Shown piece after piece: positions 1 to 9,341 of a stretch of DNA of 64,000 nucleotides. Location: the IMG/VR virus record IMGVR_UViG_3300048589_000479, one strand, 5' to 3'. How positions within the stretch are numbered: position 1 is the first letter of the stretch; each line of letters starts with the position of its first letter. The translations under genes and the position numbers were made by a program. Source of the stretch: an uncultured virus (IMG/VR IMGVR_UViG_3300048589_000479) (lineage: Duplodnaviria; Heunggongvirae; Uroviricota; Caudoviricetes). The notes beneath the pieces are model-generated. The model was given only the letters and a program-made list of their open reading frames with translations, ran no database searches and was not told the DNA's origin.

Positions 1-2534
1 GTCACGATCGCCTTCGAGCTCTCCGAGCTCATGTTGACCTCGGCCGAGAAGATCGCGCTCGACCGGAACGCGCGCGTCTGGCGAATGCCACCCTCGCGGG
101 TCGCGCGCTCGATCGGCTTGCGGTTGAAGACCAACATGCCGAGCGCGGCGGCCGCCTCGATCCGAGCAGCGTCGCCGCGCGACGTGGAGCCTGGAGCGGG
201 CGGTAGCTGCGTCACGTCGTCGAGCGTCAGCGGCAGGTCGCGGCACGAGTCGACGCGCGCCGAGAGCGCGGCCTGCGAGATGTTCGCGTTCGCGAAGTAT
301 GCGATCTGGCCGTCCAGGTCGGGCAGCGACGGCGCGAAGATCGACGCCGCGAGCTTCTGCGTGACGGACTTGCCGCCACCACCCAGGCCGGCGATCCACA
401 CGACGGGCGCCACGGCCACGCCGAGCTCTGCCAGCGGGCCGACCAGGGGCGCAGCGGCCGCAGCGCCCAGGGCCATGAGCGGCGCGGCTGCAGACGGGCC
501 GCTGGCGCCGCCCAGCAGGGGCTCGACGCCGAGCGTCCACCACTCGTGCGCGGCGCCCTTCGTGTCGGGCTGGCGCTCGCGACGCCGAAGGTTGGCCTGG
601 TACATGCGCGCGCCGAAGTCGTTGACCGGCTCCACGTCGATGCCGCCGAAGTCCGACGTGCCAGGGCGACCGGACCATCCGGTGCCGGCGGGGACGTGCA
701 CGGCGCCCGCGAGGTTCTCGCGCTCGCGCGCCAGCGACGTGAGCAGGTCCGTCACGGCCGGGCGCTGGCGGTTGGCGATCAGCACGCCGACCGATGCAAG
801 CTGCGCGCAGGTGCGCCCGGCGTCAGCCGTGTTCGCCAGCGAGAAGCGCACGCGGTTCCAGGCTCCACCGAAGGGGGCGGCGACACGAACCAGGATCTCG
901 TCGCTGCACCGCTCGACCTGCTCGACGACGAACGCGCCGCAGATCGTGACGTAGCTGACGTCCCCATCCTTGTCCTTCTTCTCGATCATCCAGCCGTCAG
1001 CCGAGCGGTGGAACGTGGTCGAGAATCCCTCGACAGCGTGCGGCGCCAGGTCGCGCTCCGGGGCGTCCTCGAGATCGTCGAACGCCTCCCAGATCGGAGC
1101 CTCGCCAGGTCCGGAGGGCGCCGAGTTGACGATCGCCGCGAGCGGCACGCCCCACTGGTCGACCAGGCCGACGGCCGGCGCCGGTGCGGGCAGACTCTCG
1201 GCTGACCACCCGGCGGGGAGCTCCGCAGGAAGATCAACATCCTGCGCGTTAGGGGCCGTAGCGACCACTTCGCTGACCACGCTGGCGTCGGCCGTCGCGG
1301 GCGGGGGCGTGTGCAGCCCGTCCACCTGGAGCACGTCGAGCGCGGCCTGGACGTGCGCGGTGCTCTGCGCGACCGGAGTCTCGTCCACCGTCGAAGCCAC
1401 GCCCGCCGTCGGCAACACCGCTTCGAGCCCAGCCGACAGGCGGCGGCGCGCGATCTCCACCGGCAGGTCCGACAGCATCGACGCCGGATCCTTCGGTGCG
1501 CCCTCGACCTGCGCGTGGTGCAGCGTCGCGAACTTCGGCGCCGTCCAGCCACGCTCCAATGCGTCGTCGGCCATCGTCGCGGCGACGGTCTTCGGGAACT
1601 CCGAGCCCGCCGAGCCCGGCTCCTGCCAGACGATGACGGTGAGCTTCGACAGGTCCGTGTCCCCGCACGTCGCGAGCAGCGCGGCCTCCATGAGCTCGCG
1701 GCGCACGCGGCGCACGGTCTTCGTGCCGGGCACGCCCACGACGTAGGGCATCCCCATCGCGTGCAGTGCGTGCACGTCCGACTCGCCCTCGACCACGATC
1801 AGCACCGGGCCGACGCCGGCCGCCGCGAGCTTCGCGTCTTCGAGCGAGGAGCGGAACTGCGGAATGCCGATCAGGTCCAGCGGGTACTCACGCGCGGGTA
1901 CCGTCGTGCGGTCGGCAGTGAAGTCCTCCATGCGGCCGTCGGTGAAGCGCACCTTCGGCGCCCACTTGAGCTTCACCTTCGGCAGCGCCGAGCGCACGCG
2001 CGGCCGGCGGCCGGGGCGGGTCGGCATGAAGACGGCGCCGTACCAACCCGTCTCGAAGCTGACGTTCTTCTCGCCCTTGTCCACGCCGCGCTGGTAGATC
2101 CGCACGTCCTGGAGGTTGAAGTCCTCCGCGATCGAGTCGGGCAGGCCGCGCAGCGCGAGGTACTGCGCCACCGACAGGGAGGGGTTGTCGCACACGGGCA
2201 CCGGCGGTGGCAGCGGCTCGCGCTTCATGCCGAGCACGTCTTCGATCCACTTCGCCGCCTCGCCACGATCGGCGGCCTTGCCGTGCTCCACTACCAGGTC
2301 GAGCGGCCGGATCGTTCCGCACAGGGAGCGGCACTCAAGAACACCGATCGACGCGACCACCGACACCGACTCGTTGCGGTCGGGATGGTCGGGCATGGGG
2401 CAGTGAATGAACCCGCCGGGCGAGTCGAACTCCGAGCCGTTGTCCTTGCGAGTGTCGCAGCCGAGCGCCCGCAGGACGCGCTCGAGGTTGCCCCCGCGTT
2501 GGAGCGCATCAACTACCTGGCTATCGGAGCTCAT
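1..2534 (-). CDS. DNA primase-helicase (Zn-finger + TOPRIM + DUF927-like helicase), 3'-truncated by window edge
   Basis: Absent from ORF track because it runs off the window; translated by hand from ATG 2534: MSSDSQVV..HCPMPDH..ECRSLC (Zn site), VVEGESDV (TOPRIM), GLGGGGKS (Walker A), LTLDDV (Walker B). Confidence 0.85.
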   Translation of the reverse strand, partial: MSSDSQVVDALQRGGNLERVLRALGCDTRKDNGSEFDSPGGFIHCPMPDHPDRNESVSVVASIGVLECRSLCGTIRPLDLVVEHGKAADRGEAAKWIEDVLGMKREPLPPPVPVCDNPSLSVAQYLALRGLPDSIAEDFNLQDVRIYQRGVDKGEKNVSFETGWYGAVFMPTRPGRRPRVRSALPKVKLKWAPKVRFTDGRMEDFTADRTTVPAREYPLDLIGIPQFRSSLEDAKLAAAGVGPVLIVVEGESDVHALHAMGMPYVVGVPGTKTVRRVRRELMEAALLATCGDTDLSKLTVIVWQEPGSAGSEFPKTVAATMADDALERGWTAPKFATLHHAQVEGAPKDPASMLSDLPVEIARRRLSAGLEAVLPTAGVASTVDETPVAQSTAHVQAALDVLQVDGLHTPPPATADASVVSEVVATAPNAQDVDLPAELPAGWSAESLPAPAPAVGLVDQWGVPLAAIVNSAPSGPGEAPIWEAFDDLEDAPERDLAPHAVEGFSTTFHRSADGWMIEKKDKDGDVSYVTICGAFVVEQVERCSDEILVRVAAPFGGAWNRVRFSLANTADAGRTCAQLASVGVLIANRQRPAVTDLLTSLARERENLAGAVHVPAGTGWSGRPGTSDFGGIDVEPVNDFGARMYQANLRRRERQPDTKGAAHEWWTLGVEPLLGGASGPSAAAPLMALGAAAAAPLVGPLAELGVAVAPVVWIAGLGGGGKSVTQKLAASIFAPSLPDLDGQIAYFANANISQAALSARVDSCRDLPLTLDDVTQLPPAPGSTSRGDAARIEAAAALGMLVFNRKPIERATREGGIRQTRAFRSSAIFSAEVNMSSESSKAIV

Positions 2535-2589
2535 CACGTTTGCAGATCCCTTCCCCTGGCCCAACCTCGTCGGCGGCGACGCCCGCAGA

Positions 2590-2720
2590 CTCCCCCGTCA
2601 TACGCCGGAGCGCAGGGGGGAGGTAGCAGCGGCGCCCGACACTCGACGCCGAAGCGTGCTAGGCCGGCCGCGCCGCTGCTACCCGACGTCTGCGAAACGT
2701 CGCCCCGAAGGGCCGGTGGG
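2590..2720 (-). promoter_or_regulatory. Structured 5' leader of primase-helicase
   Basis: 14-bp perfect inverted repeat 2622-2635/2670-2683, 7-bp stem 2590-2596/2616-2622, two C(UUCG)G hairpins on the - strand. Confidence 0.5.
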
Positions 2721-2721
2721 A

Positions 2722-2745
2722 ATGATGAGCTACCCGTCGGACGCA
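2722..2745 (-). promoter_or_regulatory. Class II promoter TGCGTCCGA-N9-CATCAT
   Basis: One of 8 copies with fixed spacing; upstream of primase-helicase. Confidence 0.65.
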
Positions 2746-3245
2746 GGGGAAGAAGAGCGTTCCTTCACGCGCATGGTCCACTCCGGATCGGCGGCGCGCT
2801 GCTCGCCTCGTTCCAGCCATGCTACCGCCCGTCGCAGCATTGCCAGGTCGTCGCGGCGCTTGCCGAGCCAGGAGTTGCATCCGGCGCACAGCAGCCCCCG
2901 GATCACGCCCGTTCGGTGGCAGTGGTCGACGTGCACGCGGCGCCCACGGCTTGCGAGCCGGCGCGCGCACACGCCGCATCGCCCGTCCTGCTCGGAGTGC
3001 ATGGCGGCGAACTGCTCTGGCGTGAGGCCGCAGCGCAGGCTCGCGGCCGAGAACACCTGCTCGACGGCGGCGCGTTTGTCCTGCTCGTCGCGGGCGCGCG
3101 CGCGGGCGGCTGTGATCTGCGCCCACTCGGATGCTGCAAGCTCGTGGCAGCCGCCGCAGAGTCGCACGGGTGTCGGGTAGTCGGAGCCCGGCACAACGCG
3201 GTGAAATAGCTCCCGTGTGTTGCCGCAGCGCGGGCAGGTCGTCAT
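2730..3245 (-). CDS. Recombination endonuclease VII family nuclease
   Basis: CGVC..VHVDHCHRTGVIRGLLCAGCNSWLG motif; extra N-terminal CxxC..CxxC; GAGGAG RBS before ATG 3245. Confidence 0.85.
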   Translation of the reverse strand: MTTCPRCGNTRELFHRVVPGSDYPTPVRLCGGCHELAASEWAQITAARARARDEQDKRAAVEQVFSAASLRCGLTPEQFAAMHSEQDGRCGVCARRLASRGRRVHVDHCHRTGVIRGLLCAGCNSWLGKRRDDLAMLRRAVAWLERGEQRAADPEWTMRVKERSSSPASDG

Positions 3246-3510
3246 GTTGTGCAACTCCTCGAAAATCTCTCGGTGTACGCGAGCAGTCTATCTCGCCGGT
3301 ATCCGCGCGGTGCACGGCGGCAGTGCAGCAGGCCCGAAACGGCCCGGTGCCCAGCCGCCGCATAACTCGATCATTCTCGCCGCGTAGAAAACGTGCGCGG
3401 CACCGATCCAGCTCACCCAATCTGGCGTCGAGAACGATCGGCTTGCACCGTCAGCGAAGCGGCCCCGTGTATTGCCGTACAACTGCCGCGAAATGCAGCG
3501 GTGTAGTAGC

Positions 3511-3786
3511 TGTGACAGCGATGTGACAGGTGTTCATGTATATGGTGACGTGAAAAGGTGGCTATATGCAGGTATATTTATATGAATACTCACTGTCACA
3601 CTTGTCACACTGATTTCAACCCCTCATATGCACGCACGCACACCTGCGCGCACCCGTACATGCACGCACGCACATGACCTGCTGACCTGAAAATCGTGTG
3701 ACAAGTGTGACAGCGCGATTTGCCTGCATAAAGCCGCATTCCGTGTCACAACTTGAGTGTGACAGCATCAGGTTTCTCCTGTGACA
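3511..3786. repeat. Iteron-like TGTGACA array around AT-rich core (candidate replication origin)
   Basis: Nine TGTGACA/TGTCACA copies (3511, 3522, 3594, 3603, 3697, 3706, 3744, 3758, 3780); 18-bp inverted repeat 3593-3610/3696-3713; AT-rich 3535-3590. Confidence 0.7.
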
Positions 3787-3872
3787 GTGTGCAAAACCAG
3801 GAAAACGCAGAGATAGAGGGGGGCAGGGGTAGCCCCTCCGGGCACGTTGAATATCGTCGAATGCACGACCGC

Positions 3873-4253
3873 TCACAGATCGGCAGAGCCGCCGCGCAGC
3901 AGCGCAGCTACGCTCGCCAGCCACGCCTCGTGCCGAAAGACGACGGCCTCGGCCTCCTCCGGCGAAGCGGCCCATCCCCACTCGGCACCCTGCCGGGCCA
4001 GACGTCGCCCCCAGGCAAGCTGCGCGGCCTCCACGCCGTTTCCCAGGGGTCCGTCGGTACGTCCGGGCACCTTGACCTCGAGATAGACGGTGGCGCCGTC
4101 TGGACGGATCACGAGCAGGTCGGGGAATCCGTCGCGCGAGTATGCCGAGCCGTGCATCTTGACGACGACGCAGCCGAGCCCGCCACGGCCCATGCCAGAG
4201 CGCCCGCCCAGGTGCTCGCGGATCGCCAGGACGACTCGAGTCTCCGGCTGCAT
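3873..4253 (-). CDS. VRR-NUC-like PD-(D/E)xK nuclease
   Basis: PET..GFPDLL..YLEVK..Q..W motif. Confidence 0.75.
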   Translation of the reverse strand: MQPETRVVLAIREHLGGRSGMGRGGLGCVVVKMHGSAYSRDGFPDLLVIRPDGATVYLEVKVPGRTDGPLGNGVEAAQLAWGRRLARQGAEWGWAASPEEAEAVVFRHEAWLASVAALLRGGSADL

Positions 4254-4714
4254 CACGCGCCCCCGACCGCGACCCAGGAGGGCGCGAGCGGATGCCGGGC
4301 AAGCTCCACGTCGAGCCCGACCCGCAAGCCACCCTCCTCCCGGCAGCCCAGGACGCCGCCGCAGAGCCCGCACGAGAGCACCGGCGTGCCGTCGTCACGA
4401 CCGCCGATGATCGACCCAGCAGGCCCGCCGGAGCGCACGCGCACCGCACGAGGGAACGCCATGCCGACCACCCTCGAAGGCCCGATCGACCAGAGCCGGC
4501 CGCGCACGAGCCACGTCGAGCCCCGGCCCTCCTCGCCCACGGCCACGAGCACGGCGGCCTCACCGCCCGACAGCACGCCGCGCCAGCCCGCCTGTCCGCG
4601 ACCGCGCGAGCCAGCGCCGACCGCCAGCACGCCACGAGCGTAGGCAGCGCGCGAGAGAATCTCGGCACGCAGATCGTCACGACGCCAGCGACCAGGGTCG
4701 GCCGCGCCGCTCAC
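4253..4714 (-). CDS. Hypothetical protein
   Basis: GTGA and TGATG overlaps with neighbours; start uncertain because the frame stays open upstream. Confidence 0.4.
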   Translation of the reverse strand: MSGAADPGRWRRDDLRAEILSRAAYARGVLAVGAGSRGRGQAGWRGVLSGGEAAVLVAVGEEGRGSTWLVRGRLWSIGPSRVVGMAFPRAVRVRSGGPAGSIIGGRDDGTPVLSCGLCGGVLGCREEGGLRVGLDVELARHPLAPSWVAVGGA

Positions 4715-5040
4715 TCCGGGATGATCCGAGACGGCGGCTCCGGCAAGGGTCGGTGAAGCCGCGACGTGGAGGGCAGTCGCCCATCGGTGACAGCAGCACG
4801 GCGAACCGAGATCATGGAAGCACGCTTCTCCATGCGCATCCGCTGTGCCGCGTGCGACAGAGTCGACGCTCGATCGAGCAGGCCCGCGTTGCGAGCTCGC
4901 GCCGCCGCCCCTTCGAGCTCCCAGGCCGCGCTCACCGGACAGCGGCAATGCAGCAGTGCCGCAAGGTCCGGGCCGTCGAGCACGGTCGCCACCACGGTAC
5001 CGTCCTCGCGAGCGAGCACCACTCGTGTCGTCACCACCAT
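4711..5040 (-). CDS. Hypothetical protein
   Basis: MVVTTRVVLARED..; fits - strand gene train. Confidence 0.45.
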   Translation of the reverse strand: MVVTTRVVLAREDGTVVATVLDGPDLAALLHCRCPVSAAWELEGAAARARNAGLLDRASTLSHAAQRMRMEKRASMISVRRAAVTDGRLPSTSRLHRPLPEPPSRIIPE

Positions 5041-5228
5041 CTTCGTACCACCCATCAGTCGAGCCCAGCAGGTCGGCAATCGTGCCGCCCGCGAGCAGAT
5101 CGTCCTTGAAGTAGTCGCGGGCCGCGCCCGACAGCGAGCCCTCACGCGACCACCGCACGAGCCAATCGCGAGCACGCGCGTTCACCTTGAAGCCGCCGAC
5201 GATCTCGGCGAACAACTCTTCTTCACTC

Positions 5229-5747
5229 CTAGATGCGTGCACGCACAACCTCCCGACGCTTGCCCGGCTTCGGATCCTCGCCCCACTCCAGGACGCCCTG
5301 CTCGAACATGCGGTGCAGGTCGTCCACCGACGGCGCGCCCTCACGCATGGCGAGCGTCTCGCGGTAGGCCAGCAGCGCCGCGTCGGACGGCCCGCGCCGG
5401 AGCGCCAGGCGGCCGCGCAGGTCCAGCACCGGAGACGTCGGCGCAAGCTGCACCATCGGCCACTCTGGTCGGACCTCCAACATGCGGCCGCGCTCGACCC
5501 AGAAGACCACGTTGCGGTCGCCACGAGCGACGACGCGCTGCACCGACGCGGGTCCAGCTTCCAGGCAGGCCGCGCCGACGCAGATCGCCCAGAAGCCCGG
5601 ATCGGTCACGTTGCCCGTCGGCTTGCAGGCCGCGTACTCGTAGGCATTGCGGGCGACGACGCGGGCGACGTGCGCGCTCATATCCCCGGCCTCGATCACG
5701 ATGCCAGTGCGCACGCCGGAGTGTTTGATCTCGAAGGTTGTTCTCAC
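5229..5747 (-). CDS. Hypothetical protein
   Basis: 172-aa ORF, GTGA overlap with upstream gene. Confidence 0.65.
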   Translation of the reverse strand: MRTTFEIKHSGVRTGIVIEAGDMSAHVARVVARNAYEYAACKPTGNVTDPGFWAICVGAACLEAGPASVQRVVARGDRNVVFWVERGRMLEVRPEWPMVQLAPTSPVLDLRGRLALRRGPSDAALLAYRETLAMREGAPSVDDLHRMFEQGVLEWGEDPKPGKRREVVRARI

Positions 5748-6052
5748 CTGACCAGGACCGCCGCGTTGCGCAGGTCAGCGATGAGCGAAGGCATATGCAG
5801 GTGCCTCGTCTCGACCTGCGGCGAGAACACGAGCGACGCGGCCGCCGCAGACTGCTCGCTCGCTTCCGCCAGGGAAGCCGCCGCCAGCATGAGCAGGTCC
5901 GACGGGAAGGCCGGCCGCCCATCGAAGCTGCGCAGCAGTGCGGCCATGCCTTCGGCTACGGGTCCGATCTGCGTGTTGACCTCGACCTGCGCCAGACGGT
6001 CCAGTGCTTCGAGCGCCGCCGTCAGCGGCTCCGTGTATGTATCGGCTTCCAT
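5744..6052 (-). CDS. Hypothetical protein
   Basis: 102-aa ORF with AAGGGAAG RBS. Confidence 0.65.
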   Translation of the reverse strand: MEADTYTEPLTAALEALDRLAQVEVNTQIGPVAEGMAALLRSFDGRPAFPSDLLMLAAASLAEASEQSAAAASLVFSPQVETRHLHMPSLIADLRNAAVLVR

Positions 6053-6079
6053 TGTTCTTCCCTTCGGTGTGAGTAGGTT

Positions 6080-6373
6080 CTACGCGCCGGCCATGCGACG
6101 CAGGTTCGCGGCACGTTCGGCCAGTTCTTGAGCACGCCGTTCCATATCGGCGGCAGTCTCCTCCACGTCGCCCGTGCGGGCGATGAGCCAGGTTTCGATC
6201 TCGTCCCGCCAGTAGAGACGCACGTTGCCGCGCTTGCTCGTGTAGGCAGGTTCGGGGAAGCCAGGGTGACGCTTCTTCCAGTTCGATACCGTGGCGAGGT
6301 TCGCCCCGGCCATATCGGCGATGTCGCTACTGGAAATGAGCTTGTCGTCCAGCTTCGGTCGGGCGCCGGTCAT
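6080..6373 (-). CDS. HTH DNA-binding protein (AlpA/excisionase-like) with C-terminal coiled coil
   Basis: ISSSDIADMAGANLATVSNWKKRHPGFPEP..YWRDEIETWL. Confidence 0.7.
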   Translation of the reverse strand: MTGARPKLDDKLISSSDIADMAGANLATVSNWKKRHPGFPEPAYTSKRGNVRLYWRDEIETWLIARTGDVEETAADMERRAQELAERAANLRRMAGA

Positions 6374-6801
6374 GCTTCCCACGTCCCATCAGCGTTGATG
6401 TAGATTTGGACGTACTCGAACTCGTTTGTCGGGTCGTCCAGCATGACGAAGAACCCGTCTTCGTCCGGGTCGCGCCGAACCTCGTCCGGCAGTGTGCCTG
6501 GAGGGAAGTGCGACGCGATGATCTCGTCCACTCGGCGCATGAGGTCGGCGACGGTTGCGATCACCACGGCAAGCTCGCCGGCCGGCACGTTCGGCAGGCG
6601 CGTGCCGTCGGGCAGTCGAAGGTGATACAGGAGTCCGTCGAAGCCTGCATTCGAGACGTCCTCGACCACGCCGACGGTTCCCGCCGGGAGGGTATCCAGG
6701 TCGGTGAACGTCGAGTCGGTGTATCGCCTTCGATCGGATAGCGTCTTCACGCTCGAACCGATCTCGAACTTGGCATGACGCTTGTCAGTGAAGTCGATCA
6801 T
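6370..6801 (-). CDS. Hypothetical protein
   Basis: ATGA-coupled 143-aa ORF. Confidence 0.7.
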   Translation of the reverse strand: MIDFTDKRHAKFEIGSSVKTLSDRRRYTDSTFTDLDTLPAGTVGVVEDVSNAGFDGLLYHLRLPDGTRLPNVPAGELAVVIATVADLMRRVDEIIASHFPPGTLPDEVRRDPDEDGFFVMLDDPTNEFEYVQIYINADGTWEA

Positions 6802-7457
6802 GCTCCAACCTCCAACGTGTCTTCGGCGAACGGGACGACTCCCGTCTCAATGAACGCTTGCCGCTGCGCGCTCGTGAGGGACGGGCACTCCCACCGATCT
6901 CCCGGCGCCGCGTCAGCCGTCAGCGGCCACGGGTCGAACTCGCACGTCGTCGGCGTTGCCTGCCATACGTCGCCGCCGCCGTCCCGGTGGAACGGACGCG
7001 CTCGCGCCAGTGCATTGAGCCGGTTGCGAGCGGCATAGAACTCGATGATCCGCTCGTTCGACCGTTCGGACGGGTAGGGCAGGGAGTCCACGCCCGGGTC
7101 GCGGTCCCAGAATCCGGTCCCGTGGCCGGCCGACGTGAGTCGAAGGTCGTGCCCGACGCACTCCCAACGGTCGTGCCCGTGAAGCTCGCGAAGCTCGCGA
7201 AGCGCCGCGAACGTGTCCAGGTCGGCACCGGCGGCAGTCGCGAACTCGCGGCAAAGGTGCAGCACGAAGAAGTAGTCTTCGGCTCGCACGTCCAGGTGCT
7301 CCAAACCTCCCGACTCCTGCGCGCGGCAGTCGCCGGCATGGTCGCACTCGTCGACCGAGTCGTGTGCCCCGCAAGTGCACAACGGCATAGCGTCGGACCA
7401 TAGCGCGGCCGTTATGTAGCCGGTCGCTATTCGATACAGTTCTTCATTCGTCGGCAT
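6798..7457 (-). CDS. Hypothetical phage protein
   Basis: 219 aa; YITAALWS..GHDLRLTSAGHGTGFWDR. Confidence 0.75.
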   Translation of the reverse strand: MPTNEELYRIATGYITAALWSDAMPLCTCGAHDSVDECDHAGDCRAQESGGLEHLDVRAEDYFFVLHLCREFATAAGADLDTFAALRELRELHGHDRWECVGHDLRLTSAGHGTGFWDRDPGVDSLPYPSERSNERIIEFYAARNRLNALARARPFHRDGGGDVWQATPTTCEFDPWPLTADAAPGDRWECPSLTSAQRQAFIETGVVPFAEDTLEVGA

Positions 7458-7460
7458 TGG

Positions 7461-8288
7461 TCAGCGCTCCAGGTTCGATCGGTTGGCAAAGTCGGACTCC
7501 ATGCGAGTCACCACGGCGTCGGCGTAGGTGTCCCAATCGCCGGCCGGCTCGACGTCTTCGTGCCACCATGCGAGCACGTTCCGCATGGCGTCGTGATAGC
7601 CGCTCGCGTCTTCGTCGTCGGGATCCTCGCCCGATACGCGACGCGCGAGCGCTTCGAGCAGGTCGCGAGCCCACCTAGCGACGCCGGCCGTGCTCGTGTC
7701 TTCGATGCCCGCTTCGACCAGGCATTCGGCCGTGACTTCGAGCAGGTAGGAACCGTCCGACTCGGGATGATCGTAGTCGACTCCCCATAGCGAGTCGGTG
7801 CCGATCTCTTCGTGCCCGTCCAGGATCGACACGACGACTCCGACGTGTCCCCAATCGCCCGCGAGCCACTGCCGAACCGTCTTCTCGAGCTTCGCTAGGT
7901 CGTCGTCGGCGACGTCGGCTGGAGGTTGCCACCATACGGACCCGTCGATACGCTCGCATCCCTGCCCGTAGCCGGTGAAGACGCGAGCCCGTCCGTCGAA
8001 GTCGCGTGGACGTTCGGACGGGTAGCCGTACAGGGAGTCCTTCCCGCGCCACTGGAACACACCGAAAACGTCGTCGGCGTGCGACTCGCGCTTGCCGTCA
8101 CGGTCGCGCCATTCCCCGATCACGCAGTCGTCGGCGACGAGTCGCAACGTCGCTACCCGTCCGTCGGGCAGGTCGAGTCGTCGTGTCAGCCGGTCCCGGT
8201 CGCCGGGGTATCCGTAGGCAACCTCGCAACCGTCCAGTAGCTCGCGAGCCACTGCCCGCGCGTCGATATAGCTTCGAGTCGCCGTCAT
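7461..8288 (-). CDS. Hypothetical acidic protein
   Basis: MTATRSYID.. start by ATGA overlap and GGAGG RBS. Confidence 0.7.
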   Translation of the reverse strand: MTATRSYIDARAVARELLDGCEVAYGYPGDRDRLTRRLDLPDGRVATLRLVADDCVIGEWRDRDGKRESHADDVFGVFQWRGKDSLYGYPSERPRDFDGRARVFTGYGQGCERIDGSVWWQPPADVADDDLAKLEKTVRQWLAGDWGHVGVVVSILDGHEEIGTDSLWGVDYDHPESDGSYLLEVTAECLVEAGIEDTSTAGVARWARDLLEALARRVSGEDPDDEDASGYHDAMRNVLAWWHEDVEPAGDWDTYADAVVTRMESDFANRSNLER

Positions 8289-8548
8289 GCTGAAACCTCC
8301 GGGTAGTCTTCTTCGTGCACGTCGATTAGGTCGCCGTCGTCGGTGATGATCCACTGCCGGCCGCTATCGTCCAGGAGGAGCGCCGACTCGTCGTCGAACG
8401 CGAGAGTCCCATCCCCCCCGCCGACGTTCTCGTGGTGATTCCAACAACGGTTCAGCCGGTAGCCGGTCGCGAAGTCGTGGATACGCTCGCGGCAACGCGG
8501 GCAACAAACGTGCAACGTGATGCCGTCCATTGTGAAGGGACTCTTCAT
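8285..8548 (-). CDS. Small Cys-containing hypothetical protein
   Basis: MKSPFTM..CCPRC..CWNHH; ATGA overlaps. Confidence 0.6.
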   Translation of the reverse strand: MKSPFTMDGITLHVCCPRCRERIHDFATGYRLNRCWNHHENVGGGDGTLAFDDESALLLDDSGRQWIITDDGDLIDVHEEDYPEVSA

Positions 8549-8913
8549 GCCGTCCCCGCGTTCTCGCGCACCACGCGAGCGAAGCACGCGCGAGCGGCTT
8601 GCAGCGTCTCGACGCGCTCGACTCCATAGGTGAGTCCGTCGATCGTCAGCGTGACGCTGCCGGCGCGATTCGTGGCGCGCTCCAGTTGCCCGGTCAGCGC
8701 GTCGAAGATAGTTCCGGTGTAGTCGGGATCCGTCGCCGTCTTCTCGGCGCGCTTGAGAATCTTCCGGGTAGGTCCGGGGACCATGCCGCGACCGTTGCAT
8801 AGCGCGCGCCATGCGCGGTTAGCTGCAAGCTCGCAAGCGGCCGATAGCGACTCGAGCGTCTCTTCGGTGCGCTCGACGTTCGGGTAGTGGTAGTGCACGA
8901 GATAGCGAGTCAT
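8545..8913 (-). CDS. Hypothetical protein
   Basis: MTRYLVHYHY..; ATGA overlaps. Confidence 0.65.
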   Translation of the reverse strand: MTRYLVHYHYPNVERTEETLESLSAACELAANRAWRALCNGRGMVPGPTRKILKRAEKTATDPDYTGTIFDALTGQLERATNRAGSVTLTIDGLTYGVERVETLQAARACFARVVRENAGTA

Positions 8914-9197
8914 GCGTGCACCTGCTCGCATAGCGTCTCGGCGTCGATCGACAAAAACGCGCGACGTCCGTCGACCACGACGTACAGGCTTGCAGCGTTT
9001 CCGTACCGCATCGCCCATACCCGGCGACGCCTACCGTCGGCACACTGCAAAACGTACCCGGTGCGCAGCTTGCGCCCATACTGACGATAGTCGTGCGAAC
9101 CGTCGTGCGCTGCCGATACTGCAAACCCTTCCCGGAGATACTCCAGGCCGTTCGCACCGGCGGCGACCTTCACTATCTCGTGGCTACCGTGCTGCAT
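8910..9197 (-). CDS. Hypothetical protein (first gene after host-type promoter)
   Basis: GGAGA RBS; 95 aa. Confidence 0.65.
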   Translation of the reverse strand: MQHGSHEIVKVAAGANGLEYLREGFAVSAAHDGSHDYRQYGRKLRTGYVLQCADGRRRRVWAMRYGNAASLYVVVDGRRAFLSIDAETLCEQVHA

Positions 9198-9264
9198 TGT
9201 ATCTCCGCTCGTTTCGCGTTTCGTGGTCGGCGTGAACTTCCCTCATGCCGTCCGGTTATCTTCC

Positions 9265-9293
9265 ACTGTAGCGGTGTATCGACTACCGCGCAA
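9265..9293 (-). promoter_or_regulatory. Housekeeping-sigma (class I, early) promoter TTGCGC-N17-TACAGT
   Basis: Canonical spacing; heads the 9197-to-left operon. Confidence 0.7.
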
Positions 9294-9341
9294 GTGTGAG
9301 TTTCGTTCACACTGCCAAACCTGCCGAAAACTACCGTTGCA

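Noticed and set aside
31..3209. Long + strand ORFs (31..954, 1311..3209) and similar Arg/Ala-rich ORFs throughout
   Set aside because: Shadow frames of real genes in GC-rich DNA; no motifs, and they overlap well-supported CDSs.
4253..5524. Single 423-aa gene
   Set aside because: Overlaps better-looking ORFs 4711-5040 and 5229-5747; the middle reads as off-frame. Structure around 5040-5240 is unresolved.
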